DNA of 64,000 nucleotides from Auanema rhodensis (Eukaryota; Animalia; Nematoda): NCBI GenBank assembly GCA_964057225.1, contig OZ059898.1, positions 13,268,001 to 13,332,000 of the forward strand, read 5' to 3'. Shown piece by piece: positions 58,082 to 64,000 of this stretch (position 1 is its first letter; each line of letters starts with the position of its first letter). The notes under the pieces were generated by a model. It saw only the letters and a program-made list of their open reading frames with translations, ran no database searches and was not told where the DNA came from. The position numbers and the translations under genes were made by a program.

Positions 58082-60179
58082 GGAGGGATGAAGAAAAAAC
58101 AAATAAAGTTACAAAAATGACATTTTTTTCTCAATTTATATGATACTTCTCCTCTCGCTTCATCTTGTATATGATACACCCACATACATGATGCTCGAAC
58201 AGTAAACGACATACGCAGGTAATACGAAAAGCAACGAGCCATCAGCCTCATTCACGCTTCATTGTTTGATTTCAGCAAAAGCCTACTGTTTCTCTCTTTT
58301 ATCTTCCATTCGTGCTCATTCCTTCTCCATTTTCTCTTCACATTCTTGTCTTTCACTGCACATTTCTTGGTCATTCTTTCTTCAGACATAACCCTTATAT
58401 GACTCAATACTATTTAATTTTTTAATTTGAATAGCTTGATATTCGTTACTAGTCCTTCTCTCATCTTACCTCCTCTCTCTTTCTCTCTCTCTATCTTATT
58501 CTCTCTCTCTCAGTTTTTCTTCCAGAATATATAGACCATAGAACATGAAAAACAAACGGTAAAACATTATTTAAAAAACATTTTCTGAAGAAAATGTGAA
58601 AAATGTCTTGATATACTCCCATATACATAGACATATAATCAAAAATCTTTCCATACTGACGAAAGACAATCAAATGATTTTGCTCATATAGCCCGGAGGG
58701 CATGAGCCAGTGCTTTTCCTCTCTGTTTTCTATCATTCATTCTTAACGCTAGGTTTATGAGTTTAATTCAGCACAAAAAAAACCAAATTCTGATCAATGA
58801 ATAAGAATATAAAAGTTTTTTTTCTTTATTTTAGATCGTCTAAGAATGTTCATCTCACATACTCATACATCTCTTCTTCTTTTCCTCTTCTTGCTCCTTA
58901 TATGAAAGAAGAACAACTTCCAAAAAAAACTGAATATTATCATTTGGAAATAGAATATAAACAGAATGTTTTGAAGAAATATCAAAAAAAAAAAAGAAGA
59001 TAAGTTGAGAAGTACGGAAGTCGCTTAAGTTTTTGAAATATTTTAAAAACTGAAATGGAATTTGACACGAACATAAGGAAAAACATGCTTCTTGAACAAG
59101 ATAACCCTGTTATTAGAACATAAACTTTAACATTCCAACCAAATACTTTAACATAAAATTAGAAGAATTTGAATAAAAAGATGAAGAAGTTTTATTGAAT
59201 GTCTAAAACAAGGAGAAAGAAGTATTTTTTTTTTGAAATATTTAATGACATGACCAATTTTTTTGAGTAAAAATTTTACAAAATTAATTGTCTACAAAGA
59301 TTATTTGATTAAAATTAAAAATAATTAGTAATTCTTGTAGAACACATAGTTTAACAGCTGAAATAAATTAAAATATTAGATATTATCCATAATAGTTCAA
59401 CGGAGTAATACGTCACGTAGGATCAAATATCAAAAAATTTTTAAATATTTAATAAATAATTCAATTATTTATATGATTTATATGTAAATTTCTTCAAAAA
59501 AAAAAGAAAATTAATTATTAAAAGTTACATGTTAATGCATGCATTTCAGATTTTTTACGAAAACATGAAAACGGAAGTATAAAATGAGGTGAAACAAGTA
59601 CGGTAATAGGTAAATCATAGAAATTAAACGTAGTATGAAGTATATAGTTTCTAATAAATAATATATAAAACATATGATATGAATGCTTTTAGTTCTATTC
59701 TATATATACTGCTTAAAAGGAAAAAAGGATTATAGAGATGGGAATGAAAAAAAGATTTTTTTACTTTCATTCTGTATTTTCAATGGACTTGCTAAGAAAT
59801 CAAAACAAAAAACAGAATAGCAGGGAATAATTAAGAAATAATCTGTCGAATTCAGCTTGAAGTGAACGGCCAATTCTAAATTTGAATTCGGGTTTTCGTT
59901 TTCTTTTCTCGTTTTGTGGCCACAAAAGACGAATTGATGACTGGCCTGGACAATGACATGAGGTTTTGGTGAGGATGCATAGCCAATGTGTTAGATATTG
60001 GTACGACAAAACGATATTAAGCTGTTATACTGGTCAAAAAGTTAAACACAAAAATACAAGTCAATAGGCAATAAAACATAAAACACGTTAAATTGTAAAA
60101 AATATTGAAATCGTTCTATTTCTGAGGAAAAATACATGGGGAAAGTAGGATGAAGAGATGTGAACATTGGGTAAAAAGA

Positions 60180-60351
60180 AAAGAGAGATAGAGAGAGAGA
60201 GATAAAGAGAGATATTCATACAGAGAGATATCAGAAAGAGAGTGGGAGCGAGAGCGAGAAAAAGAGAGAGAATAAGAGAGAGAAAAAGAGACAGAAAGGT
60301 AAAGGAAGAGGAGAAAAAAGATGAAAAGGGAAAGACAGATAGAAACTGAAA

Positions 60352-60382
<31 letters not shown>
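60180..60382. repeat. GA-rich low-complexity tract / (GA)n microsatellites
   Basis: Purine-only and GA dinucleotide runs; further (GA)n runs at ~58034-58081, 61181-61221 and 61544-61573. Confidence 0.85.
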
Positions 60383-61538
60383 AATTAAGAGGAATGGAAA
60401 AAATTCTAATAGAATAGCTTGTTCTTTAGTTTATATTATTATAATTATACAAGAAATGTTGAGCAGAAAGTGCAACAGCTGAGCCAGGGAATATCGTATC
60501 AGAAAAACGTTTTGTTGATTTTCTTAACACACAGTGATCGAAGTTTCACGAAATATTGTAAGAAAACATTTAAATAATTTGCAAAAAAAAAATAATTAGA
60601 AGATAAATGTTTAAAAAACACAATGAAACATTCATTCAAGCGAGAATTGAGATAGAAATGGAAGTGGGCAGACGGAAAATCAGCAAAATCTTTCTGAAAT
60701 CGTTGGGCGAAAAGAAGAAAATGTGAAAAAGAATGGGAATATGAAATTGGTAAACTATACTATAACAGGTGTTTTGATCTATGCGAAAATAAAATATAAA
60801 TAGAGAATTATGGTGTATTGAAGGTAAGAATGGGAAAATAACTGAAATATGTTTGTTAATTTGGCGACAAAGACAAGTACAATGGAATGTACTATTATGG
60901 ATGAAAATGAGGAAGATGAGTACTAAAACAATGTGTTGATGATAAGAAAAATCAACAAATTAATTAAAAAAGGACATTAATTATGGCTGAAGATGAAGAG
61001 GACAGTAATGAAAAGATTCTTTGATGAGGATGATGACTAAGAGAAAAAGCATAAATGGAGTTTGTGAGGAGACAGATGAGATGTGGATAGAATAACAGTG
61101 ATGAAGAATGTATTATGACAAAGCAGTTTAGAAGGAAGATGTAAGAAGAGTAAAGAAAGGAATCAAAGACAAAAAAAGAAAGAGAGAGAGAGAGAGAGAT
61201 AGAGAGAGAGAGTGAAAGAGGGAGGGGATACATGAAGAGAATATTCCAAGGAAACAGGGAGAAAGGAGGGAGAGAGAAGACAACGATGCTTGCTATTTCA
61301 ATGACTTTCTGTCAAATCATCTGGGTGGCATACTAATCAGATTTCTAGTGATTGGACATTGTCAGTCAGAAAGCTTTCGTATAAGAAGCAGTTAACAGAA
61401 AAAAGGATGTTTGAAAAAAAAAGCTGTTAGATTCATGTTGAATGACATATACATATATGGGTATATGTATTTGTCTTTTATTTCTCATAGAAAAAAAAAA
61501 CTAATAAATGATATAGAGATATGAAGGAGGAGTTAGAA

Positions 61539-61577
<39 letters not shown>

Positions 61578-64000
61578 GGAGGAGGTATGGTTAGAAGGAA
61601 ATGTAAAAAAAAATTTGACTTAAAATGAAGGATTATGCAAGTTTATTTATGTTTGTTTTGACGAAAGAAATAAAGTTTATTTTGGTTGATGATGACGTTG
61701 ATGAATGATGAAGCGAAATTGAAGATAGAAGCAAGATGTTGAGTTCTAAGTTTTCTGATAAAACATTTGAATTGAAAGATTTAACAAGAAACATGCATTT
61801 CTATTGATGAAGAAAGAAAAATAAGATGGATAACAAGGAAATGAAGAAGAATAGTATGAAGAGGACAAAGAAAAGGAAGAAGAAGTTAAATAATGACAAT
61901 GATTCAGGAAGAAACATGTCAGAGTACATGGAAGAAAATAAATTTCTGAATGCTACCCAAAATGGAAAAAAAACGAAAACAGAATGAGAAATTTACAGCT
62001 TGTCATGAGAAATATGGAAAAAAAACAAACAAAGTAAAGCAGAAAAGCTGACCCATGAAGTTGCTAACAGTAGTTCTTAGATTATGCAATGATCTATTTT
62101 GAAGTTTTGGGAGACAGCTCAATGATTTTCAAAGGAAAAACATGACTTTGATGCATGAACGAATACAATATTCTTCTCTTGTAGATGTCAATTGAGAGAA
62201 TGAGAAAGCAATAGAGGGAATGTGATACGTAGGGAGAGAAAGAAAGAGAGAGAAAGAAAGAGAGAGAAAGAGAGAGAAAGAGAGAGATGTGCATAATCTA
62301 AGAGATAAATATGATATAAATATTTATTTAAAAAAAAAAAGTTTTTATAATGAGATTAAAGTACTAATTATAGGTAGTAGAGTAGCTCATAATCAGATTA
62401 TCCTCATGTTTGATTAATTAAAAAATATTATTTTTTGTTTATATATAAGAAGAAAAAATAGATTTTGAAAATTGACGTCAATACAATTCATTGTGATTAT
62501 TTTCTTTCGAAAATTTGATTCTGACTTGAAGTGTACGTAGAATGCTTCAGACGACATAAGGGGGATAAAGAAATGTTATAACAGAAAAACAAGTTCAAAT
62601 TCTATTTGATTCCATAGGATTTGATAAAAGATTTTGAATTCAAAGGCTTCCTCATGATAACTTTCAATCATATAAGGATTAGATGAAAATATCTCGTTAT
62701 CTAAAGAAATATAAATTGTATAGTTAACGAGAGAGAAAGAATAAAAACTTTTTTTTTTCTGTTAGTTGGGATCAAAATGAAATGTAACGCATGAGTGTAT
62801 GTGTGAGCATGCTTGGTAAACGTGGAATTATAGAGTTATGTCCTCTCATTCATATTATATTTTTAAAATATTTTTGAGAGCATATATAGAAATCTCATTT
62901 CTGTAATTGACGCCTCTCATGCTCTCATACTCCAGTGCCAAACGACCTATGTCTGGCTCTTTCTCTTACTCTCTTTCTCTCAATCTTTATCTGTCTTTCA
63001 CTCTTCTTTCTCTTTGTATTGCTTTCTACCTCTGTCTATTTACCTCATTATCTCTCGTTTCTTCTATAGTCATCTATGGATATATCAATCTCCTCATATA
63101 CTTTCTATTTCTGCAGTTTGTCTTTCGACATGTTATAGTAAAGGAACGCAGAGCTGTTTCTGGAATAAGAGAAGGCCAAAACAATTATGAGAACGTCCAA
63201 GAAGTAATTGGATCGTGATGCAGAAATCGCAGAGCTATTGCTATAAATGTTTTGTATGATTATAAGAATAATTAGATTAAATTAATATTATTGTTTGTTT
63301 CTAATGAATAAGAATCAGTGAAAACTTGGCAATCAGTTAACTACTTTGTATAAATATTTAGTATATAGAGAGCTTGAGAATAAATGAAATAAGGGACCAG
63401 ATAGACAATAAAATCTTGAACAAATTTCGATTCCTATGTGAAAAGGAGATGCTAGGTTCAAGAGAATAAAGCAACATCGTGGGGGAGGGTGTGGTTTGGA
63501 ATTAAGACGTTTATGTATAAGCTATACATCTATAGGTATGTGCTCATTCAAAAGAGGACGTTTTATGTAGATTGCAACATGTTAAATGAAACAACTGGAC
63601 TGATGAGTATAAAGAGCAATGAAATGGAATAGCCCTTAGGAGATCAACGTGAAAAAAGTGGATGAGAGACGAGTAAAGAGGTATAGAAAGAGGAAGAAGC
63701 GTGAGAATGAGCATCTAAAACACAGACAGATATATATGTATATAGAAGAGAGATAGAAGGATATAGAGAGAAAGAGAAAGAGAAGGAAAGAGAGTAAGCA
63801 AATGAGTGAGAGAATGAGTGAGGATTGAACAGGAAGAGCAGTGCAACTAGTGCGGCGCATTATCATCTGATGAAAGGACATTGATGTGAGCTCAGTTTAA
63901 GCCTGGTGAGGTTAAATGGTGAATATCATTACAAAATAAAACTCAAGTGACAAGTAGCAGCATTTTTGAACTTTAACCCAAGGCAAGAACAAGCTGAATA

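Noticed and set aside
63117-63203. Possible plus-strand exon after a polypyrimidine tract
   Set aside because: A single candidate exon with no partner exons or recognisable product inside the window.

Overview
This is eukaryotic, very AT-rich genomic DNA with many 40-60 nt introns, TTTTCAG/TTTTAG-type acceptors and acceptors sitting directly in front of start codons. It is almost certainly a rhabditid (clade V-like) nematode, so the six-frame ORF track mostly shows exon fragments. I assembled exons by hand, so internal boundaries may be off by a few bases. From left to right the genes are: a class A GPCR (+), coatomer epsilon (-), endonuclease G/cps-6 (-), PKN/pkn-1 (+), a small conserved membrane protein (+), a two-LIM protein (-), a secreted Cys/Gly-rich proprotein (-), an HP1-like chromo plus chromoshadow protein (-), ABCF1 (+), and a C11orf98/Alb1-like basic protein (+). 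The last of these carries, antisense in intron 2, a complete caenacin/NLP-like Gly-Tyr-His repeat peptide gene. Further right come an uncharacterised protein with three repeated beta-rich modules (+), a candidate spliced microprotein (+), a PAS-less PASK-like kinase (-), importin-5/imb-3 (-), an Srh/Sri-type chemoreceptor bracketed by 100-bp direct repeats (-), a secreted protein with a split ShK cysteine frame (-), and an atypical synaptotagmin (-). Several gene pairs look like trans-spliced operons. Long (CT/GA)n-rich, strand-skewed non-coding tracts lie upstream of the GPCR, the kinase and the synaptotagmin. I saw no rRNA, tRNA, CRISPR array or autonomous transposon. The best leads are the nested antisense peptide gene, the PAS-less non-RD PASK-like kinase, the split-ShK protein, the long-hinge HP1-like protein and the triple-repeat orphan gene.
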